DNA of 64,000 bases from Spirochaetia bacterium (GTDB lineage: Bacteria; Spirochaetota; Spirochaetia; SZUA-6; Bin103), in contig CBDAOI010000004.1 of the NCBI GenBank assembly GCA_965198005.1, positions 384,001-448,000 of the forward strand. The letters run 5' to 3'. The notes under the pieces were generated by a model, which saw nothing but the letters and a program-made list of their open reading frames with translations, was not told where the DNA came from and ran no database searches. Made by a program: the position numbers and the translations under genes. This document shows, in pieces, positions 9,849 through 20,377 of the stretch (position 1 is the first letter of the stretch; every line of letters begins with the position of its first letter).

Positions 9849-11996
9849 CAGCAATTCTCGGTGAACGGAAATGAGAGGGTCGGCGTGGGGGGCAATGGCG
9901 GGTGGGACGGCACGTAAGTGGTCGTGTAGGTCATGACCAGGTAATAAGTTGCCTAGCGGCTGGACACTCGATCCCAGGGTTGTCATGCTCTCTCCTATGG
10001 CAAGAGGTCGCCGCAGAGGTCCATTATTACTTCGTTTTCGTGCGCTCCTGGTCTCCTTGAACCTGCACGCCGCCAAGGTCGTCGATACCCGCCAAGCCAG
10101 CAAGGTCCGGTACTCCCTGCAGGATTGCTACGTGTGTGGTTTCGCCTTGTTTGTCCTCCAAGACCCTTCCGTGCTGGAGTTCCAACGCCGCTTCCAGGAC
10201 GAACTGCGCACCAACAACCTCAACGCTACGTTTGGCGTCGCTCGGATCCCTGCCGACTCCCAGTTCCGCGATCTGCTCGACAGCCATGACTATGAACCGC
10301 TGCTCGGCTGCTTCGGCGACTGGATAGGGCGCATGCAGGACGCCAAATGGCTGCAGCACTATCAGTTCCTCGACGGTCGCTACCTCATCACCATGGACGG
10401 CTCCCAGTACTTCAGCTCGTACAAGGTGAACTGTGAGTGCTGTCTGACCGCCACCAAGAACGGCACCGTACGCTACCACCACGACATCCTGCAGACCGCC
10501 ATCGTCCACCCCGACAAGCGGCAGGTGCTGCCGTTGGCTCCCGTGTTCATTCACAACGCCGATGACTCTGGCGCCAAGAATGCCAAACGCCGCAAGCAAG
10601 ACTGTGAAATAAAAGCCGGCTACCGTGCCGTGCAGCGCATCCGTAACGACCATCCCCGGCTGGCTGCGGTGATCGTCGCCGATAGTCTGTACTCCAAGCA
10701 ACCGTTCATCGAACAGGTGCGCGCCGCCCGCTGCTCGTTTCTGCTGGTGGCCAAGCCGGAGGATCACACCAGCCTGTACCAGGATATCGACGGGCTGCGC
10801 CGCGGTCGGCTGCTGGACCACCGCTGCACCATCGACGCGACCGGGGACCGGCATGAATACGAGTGGGTTACCGGGGTGCCGCTGAACGGCAACCCCCGCA
10901 GTCCCAAGATCAACTTCGTGCACTACCGCATCGTACGTGCCGGCACGACCACCTATCAAAACGCCTGGGTGACCGACTTGGTGCCCACCGCTGGCAGCGT
11001 AGCGCGGATCGTGCGTGCGGGACGAGCACGCTGGAAGATCGAGAACGAGGGGTTCAATACGCTGAAGAACCAGGGCTACCACCTGGAGCACAACTTCGGC
11101 CACGGTGACAAGTACTTGTCGGAGGCGTTCTTCGTGCTCAATCTGCTGGCCTATTTCATGCACCGGATATTCGAGCTGGTGGACGGTCTGTATCAGCAGG
11201 TGCGGGCTGGGTTCGGGTCGCGCCGGGAGTTCTGGGGCGCGGTCCGCGCCACGTTTCGGCTATTCCTGTTCCCGTCGTGGGACCAGGTGCTGGTGCGGAT
11301 GAACTCGCCGCCGCAGCCGCTGTCCGGGTAGCGCTGAACGTTATCATCCCTGATTAGTGCCTGCGTCGGACCGGGTACCGCGCATACCGCGTCCGGGTAA
11401 CCGCGCCGGGAGACTTGGCCGGGGGGCTGGTGTGCTCCCTGCGCCGCCAGCAGGCGCTTGGTGCACGGCTCCACCCTGGGCTCCGGTGTGGGTCAGCCGG
11501 CGCGCCCTGCCAGCTGAGCACACGACGCTGCCTGTGCCGGGTCGCCCACCGCCACCTCCGACCCCTCGCAGGGCAATCGACTGAACTATTCTTGGGGATG
11601 AAGGGACGCGGGCAGTGTTCGGTATTTTATGACAGAGTAAGCAGATAGCTCTACGGAAGGGGGCGCGAGGGAAGCAGATGCCGAACGGGTCCCATCCACG
11701 TCACCGAATTTAGGTTGACAACCGCCGGAATAAGCCTTCCAATACTCATTGTGCTGTTAGTCTCGGTGAGTGGCTGGCCGCGGCGCGGAGCGAGGCATGA
11801 GGCGATCGTGTGGGAGAGTTCCCACCGGCTGGCGGGGGCACCTGAATGCCCGCTTGACTGTTTGCCGCGCGTGCGGCAGACTGCGTTCTCATGGGCACCG
11901 TGATGCGTGACGACACGTCCCAGCGCTCCCACCGGTTAGCGGTAACGCAGCCGGTGCATCCTACCACCACCACTACCCGTTCACCGAGAACTGCTG
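9849..11996 (+). mobile_element. Insertion sequence (DDE, ISNCY/IS4-like) with 20-bp terminal inverted repeats
   Basis: IRL CAGCAATTCTCGGTGAACGG (9849-9868) and IRR CCGTTCACCGAGAACTGCTG (11977-11996), 1 mismatch; flanking duplicate GATGACGT at 9841-9848 and 11998-12005. Confidence 0.85.
9997..11331 (+). CDS. DDE transposase
   Basis: 'MDGSQYF', 'ADSLY', 'RARWKIENEGFNTLK..GYHLEHNFGHG' DDE pattern; alternative start at 9985. Confidence 0.88.
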   Translation: MARGRRRGPLLLRFRALLVSLNLHAAKVVDTRQASKVRYSLQDCYVCGFALFVLQDPSVLEFQRRFQDELRTNNLNATFGVARIPADSQFRDLLDSHDYEPLLGCFGDWIGRMQDAKWLQHYQFLDGRYLITMDGSQYFSSYKVNCECCLTATKNGTVRYHHDILQTAIVHPDKRQVLPLAPVFIHNADDSGAKNAKRRKQDCEIKAGYRAVQRIRNDHPRLAAVIVADSLYSKQPFIEQVRAARCSFLLVAKPEDHTSLYQDIDGLRRGRLLDHRCTIDATGDRHEYEWVTGVPLNGNPRSPKINFVHYRIVRAGTTTYQNAWVTDLVPTAGSVARIVRAGRARWKIENEGFNTLKNQGYHLEHNFGHGDKYLSEAFFVLNLLAYFMHRIFELVDGLYQQVRAGFGSRREFWGAVRATFRLFLFPSWDQVLVRMNSPPQPLSG

Positions 11997-12096
11997 GGAT
12001 GACGTCCGAGTCGTTGACAGGGTGGCCGCGTCCAGAGCAAGCTTGCCTCGCCTGGGGTCCGATGGAACGGTGATGAAACGCCATGATGACAGTCAG

Positions 12097-12323
12097 CACC
12101 GCCACGCGTGGCCTCGTAACGCAGATCCCGACGTAGATCTAGAGAAGAAGGGGGTTCGCATGATACTCAAAGAACCGCACGCGCGCGCGGCGTGAGCCCG
12201 GGTGAACTACGGGCCTGGTTTCCGCTCACCCGTTGAGTCACACGCCGCGCGCGTTCAGTGTATTTGACTCAGACCGGCCGTCCGCGTTGCGGGCGCGAAA
12301 AGAGATCGACACAGGAGTTACGT
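12097..12323 (+). promoter_or_regulatory. SBP leader copy 2 (5' part deleted, lacks last hairpin)
   Basis: Aligns to 5150-5350. Confidence 0.7.
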
Positions 12324-14144
12324 ATGCAGATCGCAAAACTCACAGGGACCTTCGCGGTTGCGTTGGTCCTAGTTCTCAGCGCAACCGGCATCTGGGCCGC
12401 TGGCGCGGAAGAGGAGCCGGCAGCCGCTGCCGACAAGCAGTATGTGACCGACCCCACCACCGGCAAGGTGGTGGTGGCGCCCCAGTATGGCGGGACATTG
12501 ACCTTCGTCATGAAGGTGGAGCCTCCGAGTGCTGACCCCGCGTTCGGCGCTGGGTCGTCAAGGGGCGCCGATGGTGTTGCAGAGAAGCTAGGCATCATGA
12601 ACTGGGGAATAGATAGGGACGAATGGGACTTCACAAGTTTCTCCTTCCCTTTCTCTGTCTATAAAGGTCACCTGGCGGAAAGCTGGGAAATGCCCGACGA
12701 CACAACCATCATATTCCACATCCGCCAGGGCGTTCACTGGCATGATAAGGCACCGATGAACGGTCGGGAGCTAGATGCATACGACGTCGAATACAACTAT
12801 CACCGCTATTTGGGTCTGGGCAGCGGCTTCACCGAACCGCCTGAAGGCTACGCTGGCTCACTCAAAGGCATGACAATATTCGAATCGGTAGAAGCCACCG
12901 ACAAATGGACGGTTGTTGTTAAGCTGAAGCGGCCACAGGTCGCGGGGTCGGTGACTCAGACTACCATCGGCGACTGGCCTGTATTTATGATGCCCCCTGA
13001 GGTAATCAAGGAACACGGCGACGTTAAGGATTGGAGGAACCTGGTCGGCACCGGGCCCTATATGCTGACTGACTGGCTCGACGGCAGCTCTATGACCTGG
13101 GAAAAGAATCCTGACTACTGGGGCTTCGACGAAAAATATCCGGAGAACCGCCTACCCTATATTGACCAGTTAAGGGGCCTGATTATGACAGAAGCCGCAA
13201 CAATTCTGGCGACACTGCGCACGGGTAGGTCTGATTACGTAGGTCTCGCTGGCGCCGCTGAATCCGTCTATGTCAAGGACAGAGAGAGCCTCAGCCGGAC
13301 CAACCCCGAAATCGAATGGTACCCGTGGGCGTATAGGTCGGAAAGCTCTTTTGGTTTTAACATGGGCGGAGGCGAGGCGAGGCCGCCCTTTGACGACGTC
13401 AGGGTGCGCCAGGCAATGCAGATGGCACTGGACCTTGAGACGATTAACAATACCTTCTTTAGGGGTTTTGCCAAGTGGAAACCTCGGGGCATGATAGGGG
13501 ATGGCGTCAAAGGGTATAACAACCCATTTGAAGAGTGGCCCGAAGAGGTCAAGAAAACCTATATGTATGACCCGGAAGGGGCAGAAGCGTTGCTTGATGA
13601 GGCTGGATATCCGCGTGGCCCGGACGGCACGAGATTTAAGGTCGCCCTGGGACACTACGAGTTCTTCCTATTAGACTATACAGAATTAGCTGCCGCCTAC
13701 TGGGCTGACATTGGCGTTCATGTCGACACTACCGTAAGGGACCGAAGTGCTCATATTGCTGCTGAACGTGAACATACTTACGGAGATATGGTCACCGCGA
13801 TTGCTGGCAACGACCCTTATGGCCCTCTCCTCCCGCTTGAATGGTATTACTCAGGAGGCTACAGGAACCCCGCGAACCTCAACGATCCCGAATACGACCT
13901 CCTGTATGAAGCCGCCCGAGACGCTACCACCCTTGAGGAGAAGCAGAGGGCGGTTAAAGAGGCAGATATGTGGCTTATAGAGAACCACCTGTATGTATGG
14001 GGTCCTATAGATCCAAGGTTTATCGCCATCCAGCCGTGGCTCATAGGCTATAACGGTGAATTAATGTTAGGACAGGATGACCGTAAGGCCCTGTTCGCCC
14101 GCCTCTGGATTGATAGTGCGCTGAAGAGAGAAATGGGCTTCTGA
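12324..14144 (+). CDS. ABC substrate-binding protein, family 5
   Basis: Same motifs as 5415-7238; SD AGGAG before ATG 12324. Confidence 0.93.
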   Translation: MQIAKLTGTFAVALVLVLSATGIWAAGAEEEPAAAADKQYVTDPTTGKVVVAPQYGGTLTFVMKVEPPSADPAFGAGSSRGADGVAEKLGIMNWGIDRDEWDFTSFSFPFSVYKGHLAESWEMPDDTTIIFHIRQGVHWHDKAPMNGRELDAYDVEYNYHRYLGLGSGFTEPPEGYAGSLKGMTIFESVEATDKWTVVVKLKRPQVAGSVTQTTIGDWPVFMMPPEVIKEHGDVKDWRNLVGTGPYMLTDWLDGSSMTWEKNPDYWGFDEKYPENRLPYIDQLRGLIMTEAATILATLRTGRSDYVGLAGAAESVYVKDRESLSRTNPEIEWYPWAYRSESSFGFNMGGGEARPPFDDVRVRQAMQMALDLETINNTFFRGFAKWKPRGMIGDGVKGYNNPFEEWPEEVKKTYMYDPEGAEALLDEAGYPRGPDGTRFKVALGHYEFFLLDYTELAAAYWADIGVHVDTTVRDRSAHIAAEREHTYGDMVTAIAGNDPYGPLLPLEWYYSGGYRNPANLNDPEYDLLYEAARDATTLEEKQRAVKEADMWLIENHLYVWGPIDPRFIAIQPWLIGYNGELMLGQDDRKALFARLWIDSALKREMGF

Positions 14145-14166
14145 GCCAACGGCTTCGCCGTTGGCT
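14144..14166 (+). terminator. Intergenic stem-loop after SBP (terminator or mRNA stabiliser)
   Basis: Perfect inverted repeat AGCCAACGGC-TTC-GCCGTTGGCT; no long T tract. Confidence 0.5.
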
Positions 14167-14252
14167 TAAGGAGTCGCTGCGCGATTCCACCCTTGGGCGC
14201 CGGGAGCGCCGCTTCCGAGCACCGCTTCCCGGCGCCCGTTTACCACGAATAT

Positions 14253-15248
14253 ATGCGGGCCTACATCATCCGGCGGTTACTGCTGATCGTCCCGACCCTG
14301 TTCATCTTGAGTATCCTGGTCTTTCTCTCGGTGCGCTTCATCCCCGGCGATGTAATAGACACAATCGTGGCTAAGACCGAATTCTTTGGTGCGGTAGACC
14401 GTGAAGCTCTCGTCCGTATGCTGGGATTAGACGTGCCTGTCTACGTGCAGTATGGACGCTGGATAGGAGTGTTGCCGACCCCTGACCGGGTTAACGGTGA
14501 GTCCCACTTTAACGGTCTCCTCCAGGGTACCCTTGGCAACTCACTGCTTGCCGGCTGGACGGTAGAGGAGAAGATATTACGTAGATTGCCGGTAACCATT
14601 GAGCTTGGCATATTGTCGATCGTGATCGGGCTAGTGATAGCCCTGCCGGTCGGCATCTACTCGGCGATTCGCCAGGATACGGCCGCCGACTACGCGGGGC
14701 GCTCCATCGCCGTCATCGGCCTGGCAACGCCTAACTTCTGGCTGGCACTTATGGTGATGATATACCCGGCAATCTGGTGGGGCTGGGCACCGCCGGTGGA
14801 GCTGATTTCTTTCACGGCAGACCCGCTGGGGAATCTCGGGGTGTTCATCATTCCTAGCCTGATTCTGGGGACGGCCTCGTCTGCAGCTACCATGCGGATG
14901 ATGCGCACCATGATGCTGGAGGTGCTAAGGCAAGACTATATCAGGACGGCCTGGTCCAAGGGTCTCAAGGAGAGGGTAGTTGTTATGAGACACGCCATTA
15001 AAAATGCCCTCATCCCGGTCGTGTCCCTGATCGGCCTGCAGTTGCCTATCCTGATAGGCGGCTCTGTTATCATAGAGAACATATTCAACCTGCCGGGGCT
15101 AGGTCGTCTCATGGTGACTGCACTCGTTGACAGAGACTACCCGGTGGTCTCCGGAGTAAATCTGTTTTTCGCCACCGCGGTCGTGGGGATTAATCTAATG
15201 ATCGACATGATCTATCTTTATTTAGACCCCAGGGTCCGCTATACATAA
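14253..15248 (+). CDS. DppB/OppB-like permease
   Basis: 'MRAYIIRRLL' start, EAA loop, 'LDPRVRY'. Confidence 0.95.
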   Translation: MRAYIIRRLLLIVPTLFILSILVFLSVRFIPGDVIDTIVAKTEFFGAVDREALVRMLGLDVPVYVQYGRWIGVLPTPDRVNGESHFNGLLQGTLGNSLLAGWTVEEKILRRLPVTIELGILSIVIGLVIALPVGIYSAIRQDTAADYAGRSIAVIGLATPNFWLALMVMIYPAIWWGWAPPVELISFTADPLGNLGVFIIPSLILGTASSAATMRMMRTMMLEVLRQDYIRTAWSKGLKERVVVMRHAIKNALIPVVSLIGLQLPILIGGSVIIENIFNLPGLGRLMVTALVDRDYPVVSGVNLFFATAVVGINLMIDMIYLYLDPRVRYT

Positions 15249-15266
15249 GGGGGGAAAACCGGGAAC

Positions 15267-16199
15267 ATGAGCGACGCCATAGGGACTCCATCAGCAGTAA
15301 GTCAGCCAAAGAGACGTAGCCGGCTGGCTGATTTCTTTGTCAGGCTGGCCAGGGAGAAGCCACTCGGTACTATCAGCGGGATTATCGTATTGCTATTGAT
15401 TCTGGTGACGATCTTCGCCGATGTTCTGGCTCCTTACTCCTATGATGAAGTGCACCTGGCAGACATACTGAAACCTCCATCAGCCCAGTATCTGCTGGGT
15501 ACCGACGGGTTGGGGCGAGACCTCTTGAGCCGCCTTAGCTACGGGGCTCGAACTTCGTTAACCGTCGGTCTGGCGGCGAGCGCGCTCAATGTCGTGGTGG
15601 CTGTCCTGATAGGCGGCACTTCGGGGTTCCTGGGTGGTAAATTCGACCTGATTGTGCAGAGATTTGTCGATGCCTGGATGGCTTTCCCGGGACTGCTCCT
15701 GTTGTTGACCATCATGTCTATCGTGGGCCCGGGGCTCCTCCAGATCATCGTGGTGCTGGGGATCGCCGGAGGCGTTGGGGGCTCCAGAGTCACCCGCAGC
15801 GCCGTAATTGGGGTCAAAGAGAATGCGTATTTTCAGGCCGCGGAGGCGATTGGCAGTCTCAAGTGGGGAATACTGGTCCGCCATGTCCTTCCCAATATCA
15901 TCGCGCCGACCATCATCATCTTCAGCATCAACATCGGCGGCGTCATCATCGCCGAGGCGTCGTTGAGCTTTCTCGGATTCGGACTACCGCCGAACGTTCC
16001 TAGCTGGGGTGGTATGCTCAGCCGGGAAGGCCGCCACTACATGGAGCAGGCGCCTTGGCTGGCTCTCTGGCCCGGTCTCTGCCTGACGCTGACCGTCTAC
16101 AGTCTGAACATGTTCGGCGACGCGGTGAGGGACCTGCTCGACCCGCGGCTGCGCGGTGGTGGAGGGCGTCTCGGTGCCGATGCCGCCAGGTCGGTCTAA
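15267..16199 (+). CDS. DppC/OppC-like permease
   Basis: Conserved DppC motifs. Confidence 0.95.
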   Translation: MSDAIGTPSAVSQPKRRSRLADFFVRLAREKPLGTISGIIVLLLILVTIFADVLAPYSYDEVHLADILKPPSAQYLLGTDGLGRDLLSRLSYGARTSLTVGLAASALNVVVAVLIGGTSGFLGGKFDLIVQRFVDAWMAFPGLLLLLTIMSIVGPGLLQIIVVLGIAGGVGGSRVTRSAVIGVKENAYFQAAEAIGSLKWGILVRHVLPNIIAPTIIIFSINIGGVIIAEASLSFLGFGLPPNVPSWGGMLSREGRHYMEQAPWLALWPGLCLTLTVYSLNMFGDAVRDLLDPRLRGGGGRLGADAARSV

Positions 16200-16237
16200 G
16201 AAGGCGCGCCTGCGATGCCGCTGGCGGACGACTGGGT

Positions 16238-17065
16238 CTACGTAAGGTTCCTGATCCTCAGCGTCTTCAAGTCTTCGGCGAGGATGCGGTCCTTTTGAGC
16301 AAGCACCTCCTCCAGATTGTCGGTGACGTCGAACAACCTGCCGCGGAGCTCGTCCAGCCTCCCCGAGGCGATCTCCATGGCGAGAGCGCCAGCCATCGTC
16401 GGCGACACGTCCCGTCCATGATCGAAACTGTCGAGCATATCCGGGAACCATCGCTTCACGGCTCCGCCGGTGATGAGCGCTTCGTTCATCGCGGTTCGAA
16501 CGAGCCCTGGGCTCATGGAAAAGGCTCTCACGCCCGATTCTCCAAGCTCACGGTCCAAGGTCTCGGTAAGGCGCACCACGGCTGCCTTGGAGCTTCCGTA
16601 GGCCGAAAGGTATGCCCTCGGCGTATCTCTACCGGCCCCGGTCATGTTGATGATCCGACCCTCGCCTCTCGCCAGCATTCTCGGCAGCACCGTACGGCAA
16701 GTGTGAAAGGGACCCAGGAGGTTGATCGATACATCGCGCCACCATGCGATCGGATCGGCCTCGGCCAGGGGGCCAGGAACACTGTTGCTCCCGGCGTTGT
16801 TCACGAGGAGGGCCACCGGCCCGAGCTCTGACTCGACGCGCTCGACCATGGCCTCTACCGCCGCAAGGTCAGTGACATCGGCCCCGACGCCGATTGCCCA
16901 GCCACCGTCATCAACGATTCTGCGGACGGTCTCCGAGACCTGATCCTCGGTTCGCGCGACTACGGCGACCAGAGCACCCTCGGCTGCAAACGCTCCGCAG
17001 ATCTCACGACCAATGCCTCTGCCGCCGCCCGTCACTATTGCTACCTGGTCCTGAAGCCTTCCCAT
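16238..17065 (-). CDS. Short-chain dehydrogenase/reductase
   Basis: TGGGRGIG, NNAG and YGSSK (YxxxK) motifs; SD GAGGAG. Confidence 0.92.
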   Translation of the reverse strand: MGRLQDQVAIVTGGGRGIGREICGAFAAEGALVAVVARTEDQVSETVRRIVDDGGWAIGVGADVTDLAAVEAMVERVESELGPVALLVNNAGSNSVPGPLAEADPIAWWRDVSINLLGPFHTCRTVLPRMLARGEGRIINMTGAGRDTPRAYLSAYGSSKAAVVRLTETLDRELGESGVRAFSMSPGLVRTAMNEALITGGAVKRWFPDMLDSFDHGRDVSPTMAGALAMEIASGRLDELRGRLFDVTDNLEEVLAQKDRILAEDLKTLRIRNLT

Positions 17066-17134
17066 CGCACTCCTCACTGGCGCACCGATCGGTCAGTGTC
17101 ACCGTGAAAGATTGGCCGAACAGCGTCGCGACGG

Positions 17135-17388
17135 CAGCAATTCTCGGTGAACAAAAATTGAGAGGGTCGGCGTGGGGGGCAATGGCGGCTGGACACTCGA
17201 TCCCAGGGTTGTCATGCTGTCTCCTATGGCAAGAGGTCGCCGCAGAGGTCCATTTTTACTTCGTTTTCGTGCGCTCCTGGTCTCCTTGAACCTGCACGCC
17301 GCCAAGGTCGTCGATACCCGCCAAGCCAGCAAGGTCCGGTACTCCCTGCAGGATTGCTACGTGTGTGCTTTCGCCTTGTTCTACCTCA
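17135..17388 (+). mobile_element. Truncated left end of a second copy of the IS at 9849
   Basis: Same IRL and first ~55 transposase codons, then an abrupt break. Confidence 0.85.
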
Positions 17389-17472
17389 TATGTTGCGCGC
17401 AAGATCCTCAATCCTCAAAGGTAACATCGGACGCTGACGGGCACCGGGCGCCCGCCCCGCACCGCGGTCCGC

Positions 17473-17760
17473 CTACTCCTGGGTGCCTTCTGGGCGTCGC
17501 CACTGCTCTACCAAGTTTGCGATAGGCCGTCGCAGCATGTACAGAACCAGAAACGCAATGGGTCGCTTTAGCAGATACACACCAAGCACGCTACCGGCTA
17601 CGAATGCGATTCCCATTACTGCGCTAGTAAACATCGTTGGCAACATCTCTAACGATATATTCAGTAGCGTTTCATTCGACCAGATCATTACCGCAACTAA
17701 TGCCGCCACGGCTATCAAGATCGCCCGTATTACCGCGCGTTTCGTTACACGTATCATCAT
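17473..17760 (-). CDS. Hypothetical small membrane protein
   Basis: Two hydrophobic stretches; co-oriented with neighbouring small ORFs. Confidence 0.5.
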   Translation of the reverse strand: MMIRVTKRAVIRAILIAVAALVAVMIWSNETLLNISLEMLPTMFTSAVMGIAFVAGSVLGVYLLKRPIAFLVLYMLRRPIANLVEQWRRPEGTQE

Positions 17761-17776
17761 GCTGGCACACGCGCGC

Positions 17777-17989
17777 CTATCGCCGCACACCTTCACTGAT
17801 GAACCGACGAGCCTCACCGGCGCATAGGCGACACATCTTGTTCTTATGCTCATGAATGGCGTCTGTCATGTTTTCAGCCAGTTGATAATAGCGCCCGAGC
17901 GCGGCCCGGCAGAGCGGCCGGTTGGTTCCCTGCCCATCCCATATATGCACCTTGGCGTCTTGGTATGCTTTCAGGTGCGGTTTCGGCAT
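17777..17989 (-). CDS. Hypothetical small protein, possible Zn-binding (H...C...CxxC)
   Basis: 'VHIWDG...LC...MCRLC'. Confidence 0.45.
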   Translation of the reverse strand: MPKPHLKAYQDAKVHIWDGQGTNRPLCRAALGRYYQLAENMTDAIHEHKNKMCRLCAGEARRFISEGVRR

Positions 17990-18052
17990 TGGCACTATGA
18001 ATAGCGATAGTGAAGTGGCTGAGGCCGGCCCCGAGTCCCGTAGGGGCCGCAT

Positions 18053-18196
18053 CTATTCCCCCTTGGGCGGGCTGAGCACGGCCCGTAGCAATTCCTCTAC
18101 TGGCACGTTCAGCGGTTCCCAGATATCCGGTTCCTTGGGCGGCCGGCCCGGCCCCCGCTTGACACCACGATCCTTGTCCTTCTTACGCTTACCCAT
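18053..18196 (-). CDS. 47-aa basic micro-protein with AT-hook-like KRGPGRPPK motif
   Basis: Own translation MGKRKKDKDRGVKRGPGRPPKEPDIWEPLNVPVEELLRAVLSPPKGE; SD GGAGG upstream; below the ORF-track cutoff. Confidence 0.5.
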   Translation of the reverse strand: MGKRKKDKDRGVKRGPGRPPKEPDIWEPLNVPVEELLRAVLSPPKGE

Positions 18197-18309
18197 AGTC
18201 CCCCTCCAATCGTGGTGCAACGTAAAGCCCCGGTTCTTCGCTTATTCGGCGTAGGTGTCTTTCGATATTGTGATTGATCTTCACTTGGGTTATCAGCATA
18301 TCGGCGCAG

Positions 18310-18621
18310 TCACTCCTTCGGCGATTCGTCGCGACGTGACGTGACATATAGACCGGGATTGCCACGCTCTATCGCCGTCACCCGTTCATCAGTGCCTATT
18401 AGCCTTGCCGCTTGCTCGTTGGCTCGATCTTCAATGCGCTGTAGCCGGTTGGTATGGTCGCCCAGTATGCCCTCAATGTACTGGAACCGGTCCCGGTGGT
18501 TGCTCTCGATGCGACCCAACCGGGCACCGTGGTCAGTCTCGACACGCTGCAGTCCTTCCTCAAGGCGCGCCACGGCCGCCTGTAGGCCAAGTAGCAGCGT
18601 ATCCCGTTCATGGTCTGTCAT
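18310..18621 (-). CDS. Hypothetical coiled-coil protein
   Basis: Heptad-like repeats 'RLQRIE/RLGRIE'. Confidence 0.55.
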   Translation of the reverse strand: MTDHERDTLLLGLQAAVARLEEGLQRVETDHGARLGRIESNHRDRFQYIEGILGDHTNRLQRIEDRANEQAARLIGTDERVTAIERGNPGLYVTSRRDESPKE

Positions 18622-18767
18622 TGTGTTGTATACCCCGTCTAAGCCTAGTATAGGACGTCAGCCCATAGACAGTAAAGCGGGTTCTAAGGAAGTAGGGGGG
18701 TGGGCAAAGAGCTACCGCCGTCGCTTACGTGGCGACGGCGGTACCGGCGGTCTTGGTCTTGCGGCCT

Positions 18768-19456
18768 GTAAACATTCGGTCTACGGGTTGGGGTGAGGGT
18801 TGAGCGGGGCGCAGAGTCGGCGGCGGAAGTCTCGTTGGAGCGGATAGAGCCAGATGTCCTTTTTGGGCAGAGCGCGTTGGTTGTGAACGTCGAGTTTGCC
18901 GCGGCCTTGGGTTTCACCGACGTGGGTCCAGTTGGCGGCACGGTAGCAGGTGCCGGCGAAGCGATCCGACTGGACAAAGGTCTCCAGGAGCAGAGGGCGG
19001 TAACCGTAGCGCGCCAGCCAGTCGCCCGGCAGCCGGCGGCAGCTGCGTGCGAGCAGGCAGGAAGCGAGGTTTTTGACCTGCACCCAGGGCAGGATCAAGA
19101 AGCGGGCGTTATTGACGACGAGGTGTAAGCGGGCCTCGCGTTGAGCCGGGTTCCAGCCGATGAACTGATCGCGGGGAGCGACCTTTGCGGTGCAGCGCCC
19201 GGTAGTACCCCGCCTGCTGCTTGAGCTCCAGGTTCTCCCGCCGCAGTTTCGCTAACGCACCGGTACACCCACCCGCGCAGCGCTCCCCGCGCTGATCCCT
19301 GTCAGTGTGCCGAGCAGTCCCCTCCATCCAGCTCTCGCCCTCACCAGGAATCTAATACCCGATTTCGAGTGTGTCCAGCTGAATTTGAGCGTCAGTCCTT
19401 ACCGTTCAGCGCGCTTACTCACTACCGCCGGAAACACCTGTGAACCGAATGTTTAC
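18768..19456 (-). mobile_element. Internally deleted IS66-like element carrying a DUF4338-like 3' fragment
   Basis: Perfect 13-bp IR GTAAACATTCGGT (18768-18780 / 19444-19456); 'LRRENLELKQQAGYY' N-terminus joined to 'NNARFLILPWV.VKNLAS...LLETFV...GTCYRAANW'. Confidence 0.7.
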
Positions 19457-19533
19457 GTCCGGGTGCGGCTATCTCCTTGCAGGAGAGTTGGTTACCGCAT
19501 CCGAACCTGAATGTTCGGGTGTGTTCAGCTCGT

Positions 19534-20144
19534 TCAGGTCGCCGCGCCCGCAGCGGCAGGTTGGGCCTTGATCCTGGCAGTCAGATCCTCGGGGCTCAGG
19601 ATCGTGGTGAGGAAATCGAGGTCGCTGTAGTGTGCCGACAGCCGGTACTGATTGGCAAGACCACTGCGCGCCTTGATGAGCTGGATGTACTCGTAGTCGG
19701 CGAGGGTGCGGAAGTTGTTGCGGACCTGGGCGAACGACCACGAGGTATAGGCTCGGATCTGGCTGCGCTGAAAGACCACCTGCTCGGCAACGACGCCCTC
19801 CGCATCGGCTTTGTCGGTGACGTACTTCTTGATGAGCTCCAGCAACTCTCTGGCCGGCCGTGGCAGGTCATCGAGGGTGTTGTCCAGCACGCCGTCGGAG
19901 AGCAGCTCGTGAGCGAGCCGGTAGTCGGCGACGGTGCACTCGATGTATTCGAGGGTCTCGCCGCCGTCCAACGTCAGCTGCTTGCGCCTGCGCTGGTACT
20001 GATACAGGAAGCAGATGGCGTTGATGAGCCGCAGGAACTTCTCATGGTCGCGCCGGGTCTTCAGTGTGGAGGCCGGGAAGGTCAACACCTCCGCATAGGG
20101 GTTGAAGACCAACACCGGCTCGAGCAACCGCTGCGCGAAGTGGT
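19534..20144 (-). pseudogene. C-terminal fragment of a primase/ATPase-like protein of integrative elements
   Basis: 'AQRLL...NPYA..LTFP....RRDHEKFL.LI.AI.FLYQYQR' pattern recalled from such proteins; cut exactly at the transposon end at 20145. Confidence 0.55.
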
Positions 20145-20377
20145 TGTTGCCCGCCAGGTGAGATTTCCGGGATGTGGACAAATCCGCCAGTGGGGGTAGG
20201 ATAGGTTCGCCCGGGAAGCGTTCCGGAGATCACGAAAAAAGATAGGGGCCACCGCCAGTACTTACTCCGGGTACAACGGTGACCCCCACCTAAAAGCTGG
20301 ATCATCCTAAACTAGACGGCTTCGACTTTCAAGCCTACCGCCAATCCCTGATCAGAGAAGGCGGCAAGCGTCCCTGC

